Shown here one piece after another: positions 37,421 to 48,172 of a DNA stretch of 64,000 nt. Under the pieces are notes generated by a model that was not told where the DNA came from, searched no databases, and saw only the letters and a list, made by a program, of their open reading frames with translations. The position numbers and the translations under genes are program-made. This stretch comes from Candidatus Omnitrophota bacterium (GTDB taxonomy: Bacteria; Omnitrophota; Gorgyraeia; 2-02-FULL-51-18), in the NCBI GenBank assembly GCA_945877765.1, contig CAMDWQ010000012.1, positions 1 through 64,000 of the forward strand. Reading direction: 5' to 3'. Each line of letters opens with the position of its first letter. Within the stretch, counting starts at the first letter, position 1.

Positions 37421-39145
37421 CTAGTCATCCTCCGAGGTGGCTTGAATTACTTCATCCAGTGTGGTAACGCCCAAACAAAATTTCTTTAGTGCATCCGTCC
37501 GCAGCGTCGACATCCCTTGAGCGACAGCGTAATTCTTAATTTCGGCCGAAGAAGCTCCGCCTACGATCTTATCGCGAAGATTATCATCAATCGTCAAGGT
37601 TTCCACCAAACTCATACGTCCCTTATATCCCGTTTTGGCGCATTTATCGCAGCCTTTTCCACGCAAAAATAAACGCTTACTCTTGTCGGGTTGGATAAGG
37701 TCAATATCGACCTTAAGCTGAATAAATACTTCATCCGGAATTTCAATTTTTGTTTTACAGGCACTGCAAATGCGCCGGCACAACCTCTGCGCTGCCACCA
37801 GCACAAGACTTGAGGAAATCAAAAACGGCTCAACTCCCATATCCACCAAGCGAGTGATAGCTCCCGCGGCGTCATTGGTGTGAAGAGTGCTCAAGACAAG
37901 CTGCCCGGTCAAAGAAGCCTTGATGGCGATATCCGCTGTTTCGCCGTCGCGAATTTCACCAACCATCACCACATCGGGACTTTGGCGCAAAATCGCACGC
38001 AAACCGCTGGCAAAATCCATTCCTATTTCCGCACGCGACTGAATCTGGGTAATCCCTTTGACTTGATACTCAATGGGGTCTTCAATCGTAATGACATTTT
38101 TATCCGGCGTGTTGAGCTTGCTCAATATCGAATAAAGCGTTGTTGATTTTCCGCTGCCGGTAGGGCCCGTGATAAGAATCATGCCAAAAGGTTTGGCGAC
38201 AGCCTGAGCAAACGCATCGAGCGATTCGGGCAATAAACCCAAGTTTTCCAACCCGACACTCAGCGCACTTTTATCCAAAATACGCATGACAATCTTACTG
38301 CCAAAATACGTCGGAAGAATCGAGACACGAAAATCGACCTCTTTTTCCGGGAATTTGATTTTAAAGCGGCCGTCCTGCGGGATACGATTTTCCGTGATAT
38401 CTAGCTTGGACATGATTTTTAGACGCGTCAGAAGAGCACTTTGATTTTTTTTGGGGATCGTAAAGGCTTCAAAAAGCCCGCCGTCAATGCGGTAACGTAC
38501 GCGGATACGATTTTCATAGGGTTCGATGTGAATATCACTGGCCCTTTTTTTCAAGGCTTCCCGCAAGAACAAATCCACCATTTTTACAATCGGAACCTGT
38601 GATTCTTTGGAGCTCGACATCGTCCCGGTTTCATCATCGTCTTTCTTGAGGACTTCAAAATCTTCACTCGATTCCATTCCCTCGGCAATCTTGTTGACGC
38701 TGTCGGCTTCATTGATATAAAGCTTATCGAGGGCATCCTGAATATCTTTTTCGGCGGCAATGACGCAGTCCACCTTGCTTTTGGTTAAAATGGAAATGTC
38801 GTCCACGGCAAACACATTGAGAGGGTCCGCCATGGCCACCGTAATCTGACTGCCTATTCTAGATACCGGCACGATCTGGTGTTTGCGCGCAAATTTTTCT
38901 GGGATAAGTTTTGCCATATCCATATTAATTTTATAGCGGGCGAGATTTAAAAAAGGAATTTGAAGCTCTACGCTTAATAGGGAGGCGAGTTCTTTTTCCC
39001 CAATAAGGCCGTTAAGAACCAGCTCATTCCACAGCTTTAATTTTGGGTCGCTGGCGCACTTATCGAGGACCTTCTTTAGGTCAGCCTCTGGGACGCGCTT
39101 ATTTTTCTGTAAAGCTTCTAGGATGATCTGGCTTAAAATTTTCAT
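37421..39145 (-). CDS. pilB: PilB/GspE ATPase, copy 2
   Basis: ASDIHIEP, GPTGSGKST, EDPIE, GEIRD, tetracysteine motif. Confidence 0.92.
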   Translation of the reverse strand: MKILSQIILEALQKNKRVPEADLKKVLDKCASDPKLKLWNELVLNGLIGEKELASLLSVELQIPFLNLARYKINMDMAKLIPEKFARKHQIVPVSRIGSQITVAMADPLNVFAVDDISILTKSKVDCVIAAEKDIQDALDKLYINEADSVNKIAEGMESSEDFEVLKKDDDETGTMSSSKESQVPIVKMVDLFLREALKKRASDIHIEPYENRIRVRYRIDGGLFEAFTIPKKNQSALLTRLKIMSKLDITENRIPQDGRFKIKFPEKEVDFRVSILPTYFGSKIVMRILDKSALSVGLENLGLLPESLDAFAQAVAKPFGMILITGPTGSGKSTTLYSILSKLNTPDKNVITIEDPIEYQVKGITQIQSRAEIGMDFASGLRAILRQSPDVVMVGEIRDGETADIAIKASLTGQLVLSTLHTNDAAGAITRLVDMGVEPFLISSSLVLVAAQRLCRRICSACKTKIEIPDEVFIQLKVDIDLIQPDKSKRLFLRGKGCDKCAKTGYKGRMSLVETLTIDDNLRDKIVGGASSAEIKNYAVAQGMSTLRTDALKKFCLGVTTLDEVIQATSEDD

Positions 39146-40899
39146 GGTGCCTCCACGGCCTCGTCGGGGGCCGTCACGCGCATCACTTCTTCGGGAGTTG
39201 TCACGCCCTGCAAAATCTTAGCGATACCGTTCTCACGGAGTGTTTTCATCCCCTCTTTACGGCCAGCTCGTTTTAGTTCATACTCCTGCGCGTTTTTTAA
39301 TATCATGTTTTTTATGGTGGGTGTCATGGTTAATACTTCCAGCAGGACCGCACGCCCCGTGTATCCTTTTTTCCCACACGCTTCGCAGCCAACGCCGCGG
39401 GCAAACATCAACTTTCCGTTGAATCCAGCAAGCTCCTTCTCGGTGATCCCCAACTGCTTGATGGCTGCAGGCGGCGGCTCATACATTTTTTTGCACTTAA
39501 GACATACTTTTCGCACCAAGCGCTGGGACGCTGTCATCAGAATGCTGGAGGTAATTAAAAAAGGTTCAATTCCCATGTTAATAAAACGTGTGACCGCCCC
39601 CACCGCCGTCGTCGCATGCAGCGTACTCAATACCAAATGACCCGTCAGAGCGGCTTTCACGGCTATATCGGCTGTCTCCGAATCGCGAATTTCTCCCACC
39701 ATGATAATGTCAGGGTCTTGGCGGAGAATCGAGCGAAGCGCTGCGGCAAATGTCATTTTGACTTCCGCGCGGATTGCCACCTGATTAATCCCGTCCATCT
39801 GAAACTCAATCGGGTCCTCAACCGTCACAATATTTTTTTCCGGGCGGTCCAAAAGCTTGAGCGTCGAGTAAAGCGTGGTGGTCTTACCGGAACCAGTGGG
39901 CCCACACACGGCAATCATCCCATGTGGATGGGTAGTAGCCGCTTTCAAGGACGCTAAAGGCTCAGGCTCAAAACCTGACTTATCCAGATCCAGGACAGCA
40001 CCTGATTTATCAAGAACGCGCAGCACAACCTTCTCGCCGTAATACGTAGGCAGCACCGATACGCGAAAATCCACAAATTTTTGCCCGGATCGTAATTTAA
40101 ACCGTCCATCCTGCGGAATGCGGTGCTCAGCAATATCAAGACATGACATCACCTTAATTCTGGAAACAACACCCGAGTGCATTGATTTCGGCGCGACTAG
40201 GCACTCCTGGAGCAAACCGTCGATGCGTAACCGCACCCGCATCGTTGTCTCTTCAGGTTCAATAAAAATATCGCTGGAACGTCTCTTGACGCCATCCAAC
40301 ATAATCGAATTCGTCAGCTTGACAATCGGTTCGTCATCCACCATCTTAAGCAATTCTTGCGTTGATCCAACCGCATGTCCCGATGAAGCGCCGCCCTCCT
40401 CCACTTGAAGACTTCCCTCCTCATCGAAATCTTTCATTACGTCTTTAAGCGCCTGGCTAACGTTCTCACCGTAGTACTGATCGACAGCATCTTTCAAATC
40501 CTTTTCGGAAGCCAACACGCGGCGTATCTCCAGGTGCGTGACGCGCCGAAGATCATCGAGCGCGTTAAGGTCTCGCGGATCTATCATGGCGACTGTCAGC
40601 GTGTCCATCAGCCTTGAAACAGGAATTACCGAATAAAGCTGGGCTATTTTTTTGGGTACCAAAGCAATTACTTCAGGCTGGATTTTGTAGCGCATCAACT
40701 GAATGACCGGGACATCGAGCTCAGCACTGACAACCAAAATCATATTTTCTTTATTGATATAGCCTAGGCGAAGGAGAATCTCGGAAAGTTTTTCTTTTTT
40801 TTCTTTTTGAACGGCAAGAGCCTCGTCGAGTTTTTTTTGCGTCAGGATTTTTGTCTCAACCAAAAGCTCCGTCAACCTCTCTCGGGATTCAGTGACCAT
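39142..40899 (-). CDS. pilB: PilB/GspE ATPase, copy 1, MshEN-like N-terminus
   Basis: GPTGSGKTT, LRQDPD, GEIRD, tetracysteine motif. Confidence 0.92.
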   Translation of the reverse strand: MVTESRERLTELLVETKILTQKKLDEALAVQKEKKEKLSEILLRLGYINKENMILVVSAELDVPVIQLMRYKIQPEVIALVPKKIAQLYSVIPVSRLMDTLTVAMIDPRDLNALDDLRRVTHLEIRRVLASEKDLKDAVDQYYGENVSQALKDVMKDFDEEGSLQVEEGGASSGHAVGSTQELLKMVDDEPIVKLTNSIMLDGVKRRSSDIFIEPEETTMRVRLRIDGLLQECLVAPKSMHSGVVSRIKVMSCLDIAEHRIPQDGRFKLRSGQKFVDFRVSVLPTYYGEKVVLRVLDKSGAVLDLDKSGFEPEPLASLKAATTHPHGMIAVCGPTGSGKTTTLYSTLKLLDRPEKNIVTVEDPIEFQMDGINQVAIRAEVKMTFAAALRSILRQDPDIIMVGEIRDSETADIAVKAALTGHLVLSTLHATTAVGAVTRFINMGIEPFLITSSILMTASQRLVRKVCLKCKKMYEPPPAAIKQLGITEKELAGFNGKLMFARGVGCEACGKKGYTGRAVLLEVLTMTPTIKNMILKNAQEYELKRAGRKEGMKTLRENGIAKILQGVTTPEEVMRVTAPDEAVEAP

Positions 40900-40901
40900 G
40901 A

Positions 40902-41345
40902 CTATTCCTGCGCTTTATAGGACCTTGCAATGGCATCATACACATCCGTGGATGTGCTGACGTAGACTTGTACCTTAAGGCCTGTGGAGGTCTCGACTTC
41001 ATTGAGCGCTTTCATGTTCAAAGGATCAGACATGGCGATGGTAAGAATGGACGCTACTTTATCAACCGCAATCATGCCGTACTGGCGCGCCATTTTTTCT
41101 GAAATACTATTTGCCACCTCGGAGTCAATTTCATAGCCGGCCAGCGGCAAATACGGAAAACCGTACTGAGCGGTAAGTGTCTGCGCTATCATTTCTTCGG
41201 TGGCATAACCAAGAGAAACTAAAACCTGTCCAATGAGGCCACCCTTGACCTGCTGGATTTTAAGCGCCTCGTCCAACTGCTCGCTAGTAATCATCTTCCC
41301 TTCGATGAGCAGCTGACCCAGTTGCTTTTCAATAATTTTCTTCAT
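40902..41345 (-). CDS. Stand-alone MshEN/T2SSE_N domain protein
   Basis: QLGQLLIEGKMIT.EQLDEAL..Q.....IGQVL, IAMSDPL; no ATPase domain. Confidence 0.85.
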   Translation of the reverse strand: MKKIIEKQLGQLLIEGKMITSEQLDEALKIQQVKGGLIGQVLVSLGYATEEMIAQTLTAQYGFPYLPLAGYEIDSEVANSISEKMARQYGMIAVDKVASILTIAMSDPLNMKALNEVETSTGLKVQVYVSTSTDVYDAIARSYKAQE

Positions 41346-41403
41346 GAGGCCCCAGAAATAGTTTGTTTTACTTCAAATCATCAAAGTGTCGTATTTGTTA
41401 AGA

Positions 41404-41432
41404 ATTATATACCATAAATTAAATATAATCAA
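41404..41432 (-). promoter_or_regulatory. sigma70 promoter of the MshEN-pilB-pilB-pilC operon
   Basis: TTGATT-17 nt-TATAAT in an AT-rich spacer. Confidence 0.6.
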
Positions 41433-41531
41433 TAGTGCTTAATATAAATTAGAATTGAATTTTTTAAAAAATGACACAACCCATTTAATTTAAATTAGTT
41501 ACACTCTTTATTTGAAATGATTGGTGTGGGA

Positions 41532-42629
41532 CTAAAACAGAGGCCGATGAATCTTAATATTGATTAAGGTGGCAATGCAAATCATCGTCACAATCACCGA
41601 GGTCCCGCCGTAGCTGACTAGCGGCAACGGAACGCCAACCACAGGAAGCAGCCCCATGGTCATACCCAAATTAATGACGGTTTGAAAAGCAATCATCGTC
41701 GTCATTCCGCAAGCCAGAGAGCTCCCAAATCGCTCAGGCGTCTGGCCGGCTATCTGATAACCTCGCCGGATGATGAGCCAAAATAAAAAAAGGACGGTAC
41801 ATGAGGCGACAAACCCTCCCTCTTCCCCAATGACACCAAAAATAAAATCCGTGTGTTTTTCAGGCAAAAATTGAAGGCGGTTTTGCGTGCCGCTAAAAAG
41901 GCCTTTTCCAAAGAAACCCCCCGAGCCAATGGCAATCTTGGACTGGATGATCGTGTATCCAGCGCCCAAGGGGTCCATGCTGGGGTTCAAGAAAACAAGA
42001 ATGCGGGAGCGCTGATAATCTTTTAAAAATAGAATCAATAGAGGCGCTGCCAGGATTCCCAAACCTATCATCAAAAGAATTTTTTTGGCGCTGTACCCCC
42101 AAAGATAAAGCATCGATAAAAAAATGGGGATAAGAATCAGACCTGTTCCCAAATCAGGCTCTTTAAGAATCAATAGAAACGGCACCGCCACAATCAGGAA
42201 CGCCTGGGCAAGACGCGCTTTAGAAATAAATTCGGGGCGGTTGTTGGAGAAAAAACGCGCCAGCATCAATATCACCGCAAGCTTGGCGATTTCCGACGGC
42301 TGAATATTAAAAACTCCCCCAATACTGATCCAGCGGTGCGCCCCCAAACGTGCGGGCACAAAAAATACCGCTAGCAAGAGAAGCAAGCTAAAGAGGTACA
42401 CCGGCCACGCCCAATCCACGAGACGAAAATAATCGGTTCGGGCAATCAGAAACACAAGCAGAATTCCGATTCCCATCCACAGCATCTGCTTCACCGCTAA
42501 AGTCTGCTGAATCATTTCATGCGCTTTAAAAGAAGCGCTGTAAATACTTAAGATTCCGATGATGAAAATCAACACCGGGGTCAAAAATAGAACCTTGTCA
42601 AAATTTTTAAAATAGACTCTTTTTCGCAT
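41532..42629 (-). CDS. rodA: Rod shape-determining protein RodA
   Basis: IQPSEIAK, EPDLGT, LPEKHTDFIF, SYGG. Confidence 0.95.
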   Translation of the reverse strand: MRKRVYFKNFDKVLFLTPVLIFIIGILSIYSASFKAHEMIQQTLAVKQMLWMGIGILLVFLIARTDYFRLVDWAWPVYLFSLLLLLAVFFVPARLGAHRWISIGGVFNIQPSEIAKLAVILMLARFFSNNRPEFISKARLAQAFLIVAVPFLLILKEPDLGTGLILIPIFLSMLYLWGYSAKKILLMIGLGILAAPLLILFLKDYQRSRILVFLNPSMDPLGAGYTIIQSKIAIGSGGFFGKGLFSGTQNRLQFLPEKHTDFIFGVIGEEGGFVASCTVLFLFWLIIRRGYQIAGQTPERFGSSLACGMTTMIAFQTVINLGMTMGLLPVVGVPLPLVSYGGTSVIVTMICIATLINIKIHRPLF

Positions 42630-42650
42630 CGCACCCGCCTGTTGCTTTTT

Positions 42651-44393
42651 TTATAAATAATTCTCTTTTTTCAAAAAACCAAAAATTTCATGCGCCACTG
42701 AAGCGGCCGCAACGCCTCCATGGCCCCCGTGTTCAATCAATACCACCATCGCCACTTTGGGTTTTTCTGCAGGAGCATACCCTACAAACCACGCATGGTC
42801 CTCTGGTTGTCCTGATTGAGATGTCCCGGTTTTCCCCGCTACCCTCACCCCCGGATACCTTGCCAGACGACCCGTGCCAGTCTCCGTATTCACCGCCGCG
42901 TCCAGGCCCTTTTTGACCGCCTCTAAATAGGCGGGTGTCATTGGTACGCGGACACCATGACGCTCAGAAACTTTGACGCCGTCGATCTTATGCAAAACAT
43001 GAGGCGCTAGCCGGTCGCCATTGGTCGCCAACGCCGCCGTCATTACCAGCGCCTGCAGCGGCGTCACTTGGAGGAAGCCTTGCCCAATCGCTAAATTGGC
43101 CGTGTCACCGTCATACCAGGCCTGATTTTTTTTCTTTTTCTTCCATTCACGATTAGGAACAAAACCGATCCCCTCGCCGGGCAAATCAATCCCAGATTTT
43201 TGTGAAAATCCAAACTCTACCGCCTTAGAATAAATGGACTCCGATCCGGCCGAAATACCGGTAAGATAAAAATAGACATCGCAAGAATGCGCCAAAGCCT
43301 CGGTCAGCCGTTGGGCTCCATGGCCGGAATGATCCCAGCAATTAAAACGTTTTCCCCCAACCAAAAGAAAGCCCGGGCAATGAAAGGAGGCTGTGCTTTT
43401 AAGCTTTCCATTTTCAAGCCCCGCTAAAGCCGTGATCATTTTAAAAATAGACCCTGGCGGAAACTGGCCTCGTATCCCGCGGTTCATCATGGGGGAATGG
43501 ACAGCCTGCAAATAACGGCCTACCTCTTTTCGGCCGCGCGTGGATGCAAATAAATTAGAGTCAAAAGAAGGCGCGCTATTCATCGCAAGAATCCCGCCTT
43601 CCCCAAGCTCCATGACGATCACCGATCCCTTCTTATTCCTGAGAAGGTCTTGAGTAAATTTCTGAAGTTCCGCGTCTACGGTCAGTTCCACATTGCGGCC
43701 GTCGCGCGGCTCCCGCACTCCCAAAGACCTCATGAAGCGGCCACGGCTGTTGACTTCCATTTGAATTCCGCCGGCCCTGCCATGCAAATAATTTTCGTAA
43801 AATTTTTCAACACCGTCGCGCCCCACCCAATCCGTGGGCCGGTACTCCAACGGGTCAATAGCCTCTTTCTCCTGGTCCGTCATCGGACCCGTATAACCCA
43901 AAAGATGCGCCGCCGAGTCACGGTAAGGATATTCTCTTTGTGGCCTCGTCTCAATCAGAACGCCGGGCATCGAATCGAGCATTTCTTCAATCGTAATGGC
44001 TTCGGCCAGAGAAATATCCTCCGCCAAAATTACCGACTGAAAAGCACCTGCCTTGCTCTTTTTAAAAGACTCTTCCAGGCGAAGCTCGTCAACCTTCAAC
44101 ACGGGGCTGATCACGCGAATCGTCTCATGAATTGTACTCTTAGCTTCCCGGGGAATGACCGTGCAATTAAACGAAAGCCGGCTGGCTGCTATCGTGCGTC
44201 CTTTGCGGTCTAAAATCTTTCCCCGCGGCGGCTCAAGGTAAAGCACTCGGAGGCGATTTTTTTCGGATAGTTCGTAATAGTACGAGCCTTTCAACACCTG
44301 AAGACGGAACAAGCTGATAAAAATAATAAAAATAAGGATAAAAATAAAAAGAGAGAGCCGCCCTGCTCTAATTTCACCCTTTTGATAAACCAT
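42651..44393 (-). CDS. mrdA: Penicillin-binding protein 2
   Basis: PGSIFK, SCD, KTG motifs; between mreD and rodA. Confidence 0.95.
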   Translation of the reverse strand: MVYQKGEIRAGRLSLFIFILIFIIFISLFRLQVLKGSYYYELSEKNRLRVLYLEPPRGKILDRKGRTIAASRLSFNCTVIPREAKSTIHETIRVISPVLKVDELRLEESFKKSKAGAFQSVILAEDISLAEAITIEEMLDSMPGVLIETRPQREYPYRDSAAHLLGYTGPMTDQEKEAIDPLEYRPTDWVGRDGVEKFYENYLHGRAGGIQMEVNSRGRFMRSLGVREPRDGRNVELTVDAELQKFTQDLLRNKKGSVIVMELGEGGILAMNSAPSFDSNLFASTRGRKEVGRYLQAVHSPMMNRGIRGQFPPGSIFKMITALAGLENGKLKSTASFHCPGFLLVGGKRFNCWDHSGHGAQRLTEALAHSCDVYFYLTGISAGSESIYSKAVEFGFSQKSGIDLPGEGIGFVPNREWKKKKKNQAWYDGDTANLAIGQGFLQVTPLQALVMTAALATNGDRLAPHVLHKIDGVKVSERHGVRVPMTPAYLEAVKKGLDAAVNTETGTGRLARYPGVRVAGKTGTSQSGQPEDHAWFVGYAPAEKPKVAMVVLIEHGGHGGVAAASVAHEIFGFLKKENYL

Positions 44394-44865
44394 GACTGAC
44401 CTTTTTTAGAAAAAAGAAAATAACCGGACAAGCTGCCAGCATACTGAGGATGTCCCATGGCAGCAAACTCTCCCGATAGATACCAAAATCCCGCCCGTCG
44501 CCTTGAGAAAAATAAAAAATTAGAAATCTAAAAAAAACAAAAAAATAAAAGGCTAAAAGCGGCATCAAAAAAGTAATAAAAAAACTTTCCCTGAAAAAAG
44601 TCTTTGTGCCCCGCCCAAAAATAAAACCCGTCGCGGCAAAAACAACCATCTCGGACCCCATCCGCCCCACACCAAAAACCTCAAGCAAAAGACCGGCATA
44701 CAAGCCCAGCAGCGCCCCAAACAAGGGGCCTTCGGAAAAAGCAAAAAAAAGAACGCCGCAAATCAAAAGAATGGGCGTTTTCTGAGGAAAAAATGAACCG
44801 ACGGCATTTTGCGCCATGAATAAAACAAGCACCCAAAAAAAAGGAAATATTTTTTTAGGATTCAT
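44374..44865 (-). CDS. mreD: Rod shape-determining protein MreD
   Basis: Hydrophobic 163 aa between mreC and mrdA. Confidence 0.82.
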   Translation of the reverse strand: MNPKKIFPFFWVLVLFMAQNAVGSFFPQKTPILLICGVLFFAFSEGPLFGALLGLYAGLLLEVFGVGRMGSEMVVFAATGFIFGRGTKTFFRESFFITFLMPLLAFYFFVFFRFLIFYFSQGDGRDFGIYRESLLPWDILSMLAACPVIFFFLKKVSHGLSKG

Positions 44866-45656
44866 CGCACATCCGGAATTGCGACTTCTTCGAGTTTTCC
44901 TAAATCAGTCAGAAGTTTCACCTGGGCTGTCTGATAGATCTGGCCAGGCTCCTTCCATACACCCGTCACCACCCCCACCGGAATCCCTTTGGGAAAATAG
45001 AGGCCCAGCCCCGCCGTCTGGACACGATCACCCGCCTTGATATCTGCCCCCATTGAAATATATTTCATGCGGCACTCGCCTGAAAGGGTGCCAAAAAGAA
45101 TTCCCTGCTGTTTTGTCCGCTCTATTAGCACACCGATTTTACAATTGGGATCCGTTAAAAGAATCGCTTTGGACGCACCCTCTCTGACTTCTATGATTTT
45201 ACCTGCCAGCGCTTCTTGTGAAAAAACGGGCAGATTTTCGCGCATTCCATCTTCATAGCCCTTATCCACCCAAAACGTTCGGTTCCACGCCAACGGTGAC
45301 CGAGCAATCACCCGCGCAAAAAAAACATGATCAGCGCCGTGAGCCAAAGAGGGTTTGAGTTCCAATAATTGGGTCAGACGCTCGTTTTCGACACGGATTT
45401 CTTTGGATTGAAGACTCTCCAGCCGATCCCGGGCAATGCTCTGTCGGTAGGTCCTATTTTCTTGGGCATTTCTACGAAAATAAAATAGATCGCCAAGCCA
45501 ACTGGCAGCATCGTTTGAAATACTCAAAGGTCCTTTGAGAAACATAAAAAGACTCCCACGAATTTCCGGGGAAATAGCGGTCGGAAGGAGGGCTAAAACA
45601 GCTAAAAAAATTCCCGCGATAAAAATAAAACGCGTGGGCTTAGCCTGGGAGCCCAT
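44862..45656 (-). CDS. mreC: Rod shape-determining protein MreC
   Basis: ENERL..LL, VDKG..DG, FPKGIPVG. Confidence 0.92.
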   Translation of the reverse strand: MGSQAKPTRFIFIAGIFLAVLALLPTAISPEIRGSLFMFLKGPLSISNDAASWLGDLFYFRRNAQENRTYRQSIARDRLESLQSKEIRVENERLTQLLELKPSLAHGADHVFFARVIARSPLAWNRTFWVDKGYEDGMRENLPVFSQEALAGKIIEVREGASKAILLTDPNCKIGVLIERTKQQGILFGTLSGECRMKYISMGADIKAGDRVQTAGLGLYFPKGIPVGVVTGVWKEPGQIYQTAQVKLLTDLGKLEEVAIPDVR

Positions 45657-45665
45657 GAAGGGGAC

Positions 45666-46739
45666 CTAGTTTTCGATAGTGCGGTTGGCCGAAACGGTTA
45701 CGCGCTTAAGATACTTAATTTCACTTAAAATTTTGCCCGTTCCTAAAGCCACGGCAGTCAGTGGGTTTTCAGCCAAATGGACTGGCAAACCTGTTTCTTC
45801 GGAAATAAGTTTATCGAGCCCGCGAATCAGAGAGCTGCCGCCGGCCATGACAATTCCGCGGTCAATTAAATCTGCGCAAAGCTCGGGCGGAGTACGCTCA
45901 AGTGTCACACGCACCGCTTCGATAATGTACTGAATAGGTTCGGCCAAGGCCTCACGCACTTCTTCGGAAGTGATCTTTACCATTTTAGGAAGGCCTGAGA
46001 CGAGGTCACGTCCGCGAATTTCCATCGAAAGCTCTTCGTCAAGAGGATAAGCGGAGCCAATTTTTATTTTGATTTCTTCAGAGGTTCTTTCACCAATCAT
46101 CAAATTGTAGGTTTTTTTCACATGCTCGACAATCGCCTGGTCCATTTCGTCGCCGCCGATGCGGATACTCCGTGAAAATACAACACCCGCCAGCGAGATC
46201 ACCGCCATCTCTGCCGTACCGCCGCCGATGTCAATAATCATGCTTCCGGCTGGCTCTTGAATCGGCAGGCCCACGCCAATCGCTGCGGCCATCGGCTCCT
46301 CCACCAAATAAACTTCACGTGCGCCGGCATGCAGCGCAGAATCACGCACGGCTCTTTTTTCAACTTCTGTAATTCCTGAGGGAATTGCGATCACCATGCG
46401 AGGGCGAACAAACCGCTTGCGATTATGAACTTTGTTGATGAAATAGCGGAGCATGCTTTCGGTGATCTCAAAATCGGCGATGACACCGTCTTTCATGGGC
46501 CGGATCGCGACGATAGAACCAGGAGTGCGGCCCAGCATTCGTTTGGCTTCATCGCCAACAGCAAGAACTTCACTGGTCCCCTTGCGGATGGCGACTACGG
46601 AAGGTTCGCAGAGAACAATCCCCTGGCCCTTGACGTTGACCAGCGTGTTAGCTGTCCCCAAATCAATTCCCATGTCATTGGAAAAAAATCCGAGTACCCA
46701 ATCGCTGATTGCCTGAAAAAAATTAACTGATTTTTTCAA
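45666..46739 (-). CDS. mreB: Rod shape-determining protein MreB
   Basis: [26 protein letters not shown]. Confidence 0.97.
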   Translation of the reverse strand: MKKSVNFFQAISDWVLGFFSNDMGIDLGTANTLVNVKGQGIVLCEPSVVAIRKGTSEVLAVGDEAKRMLGRTPGSIVAIRPMKDGVIADFEITESMLRYFINKVHNRKRFVRPRMVIAIPSGITEVEKRAVRDSALHAGAREVYLVEEPMAAAIGVGLPIQEPAGSMIIDIGGGTAEMAVISLAGVVFSRSIRIGGDEMDQAIVEHVKKTYNLMIGERTSEEIKIKIGSAYPLDEELSMEIRGRDLVSGLPKMVKITSEEVREALAEPIQYIIEAVRVTLERTPPELCADLIDRGIVMAGGSSLIRGLDKLISEETGLPVHLAENPLTAVALGTGKILSEIKYLKRVTVSANRTIEN

Positions 46740-46812
46740 AAAATTCTTCTTTTTTTTATGAATAAAATTGTGAGATTACTCGCCAGACCAGGCTTCCTCG
46801 ATCGGACTGCTG

Positions 46813-46842
46813 ATTATAGCAATGGTTATTTGATAGTGTCAA
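46813..46842 (-). promoter_or_regulatory. sigma70 promoter of the mre operon, overlapping the aroA end
   Basis: TTGACA-18 nt-TATAAT. Confidence 0.65.
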
Positions 46843-48172
46843 CCTTGTAAACAATTCCCAACCGGCTCAAAAGATCAAAGAATGTTGGAAAAGAAGTGTT
46901 GATGCAGTGGGTGTCTTTGACGCCACTCTCACCCTTGGCGATCATGCCGGCAACGACCAGCGACATCGCCACGCGGTGATCTTTGAACGAATCCACCTCG
47001 GTGCCGCGCAAGAGTGTTTTTTTGCCGTTGGGATTGATATAAATGGTATTTTTTTCCACGCGGATATCGGCTCCCATTTTTCTCAAGCCGGTGGTCATTG
47101 TTTCGATGCGATCGCTTTCTTTGACGCGAAGCTCATCCGCGTCATGAATTACGCTGACTCCCTCCGCTTGAGTCGCGAGCACCATCAAAATGGGGACTTC
47201 ATCGATTAGCGACGGCAACTCTTCTTTTTTAATTTCAAACGCTTTCAATTTTTGAGCATTCAAAGAAAAATCAACTACCTTTTCCGGCCCCGCCATCTTG
47301 CCGTCATTCCAATTTCCAAAAACCACGCCCATTCTTTTCAAAACTTCAAAAATTCCTGTGCGTGAGGGATTGTTGAGTACAGACTTAAATTCAATGGACG
47401 CCCCCGGAAGCAAGACAGCCATCGCCATAAAAAAAGCCGCGCTCGACACGTCGCCGGCAATAGGAAAACTACGCGCCTCCAGCTTTTGCCCTCCCTCGAC
47501 CGACACCCGAAGCCCTTCCCTTTTAATTTTGACACCAAAGTATTCCATAAAATTTTCTGTGTGGTCCCGCGATAATACCGGCTCTGTCACGCTCGTACAG
47601 CCTTTCGCATAAAGACCCGCCAGAAGAATAGCCGACTTCACCTGTGCGCTTGATACCGTTAGTTTTGCATCGATAGGTGATAAGCGTTGGCCCTTAATTT
47701 TAAGCGGGGCATAATTCGCGTTGTCGCGGCCTTCGATCACAGCGCCCATTTGTTTTAAATAATCCGTGACACGCCTCATCGGACGGGAGGAAAGCGAAGG
47801 ATCGCCGGTCAGCGTAGATTCAAAAGATTGGCCCGCCAGAATACCCGACAGAAGACGCATCGAGGTCCCTGAATTACCGCAGTCCAAAGCAGTGGCGGAA
47901 GCTCTCAGACCACCAAGTCCCTTGCCCCACACCGTGAGGGTTTCGGGGGATTCGGCTTCGATGGTCACTCCCATCGCCTCGAAAGCCTTGCGCGTACAAA
48001 CACAATCTTCTCCGGAAAGAACGTTGGTAAATGAGGACTTCCCTTCGGCAAGCGCGCCAAACATGATCGCTCGGTGGGACAAGGATTTGTCGCCAGAGAA
48101 AGAAAGTGCTCCTGAAACCGGCGTTGAAACTTTATGAACGCTGACGCTTTGAATCATGGGGGCCTTTTTCAT
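46826..48172 (-). CDS. aroA: EPSP synthase
   Basis: DKSLSHR, GNSGT, SAQVKS, RVKESDR, DHR. Confidence 0.96.
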   Translation of the reverse strand: MKKAPMIQSVSVHKVSTPVSGALSFSGDKSLSHRAIMFGALAEGKSSFTNVLSGEDCVCTRKAFEAMGVTIEAESPETLTVWGKGLGGLRASATALDCGNSGTSMRLLSGILAGQSFESTLTGDPSLSSRPMRRVTDYLKQMGAVIEGRDNANYAPLKIKGQRLSPIDAKLTVSSAQVKSAILLAGLYAKGCTSVTEPVLSRDHTENFMEYFGVKIKREGLRVSVEGGQKLEARSFPIAGDVSSAAFFMAMAVLLPGASIEFKSVLNNPSRTGIFEVLKRMGVVFGNWNDGKMAGPEKVVDFSLNAQKLKAFEIKKEELPSLIDEVPILMVLATQAEGVSVIHDADELRVKESDRIETMTTGLRKMGADIRVEKNTIYINPNGKKTLLRGTEVDSFKDHRVAMSLVVAGMIAKGESGVKDTHCINTSFPTFFDLLSRLGIVYKVDTIK

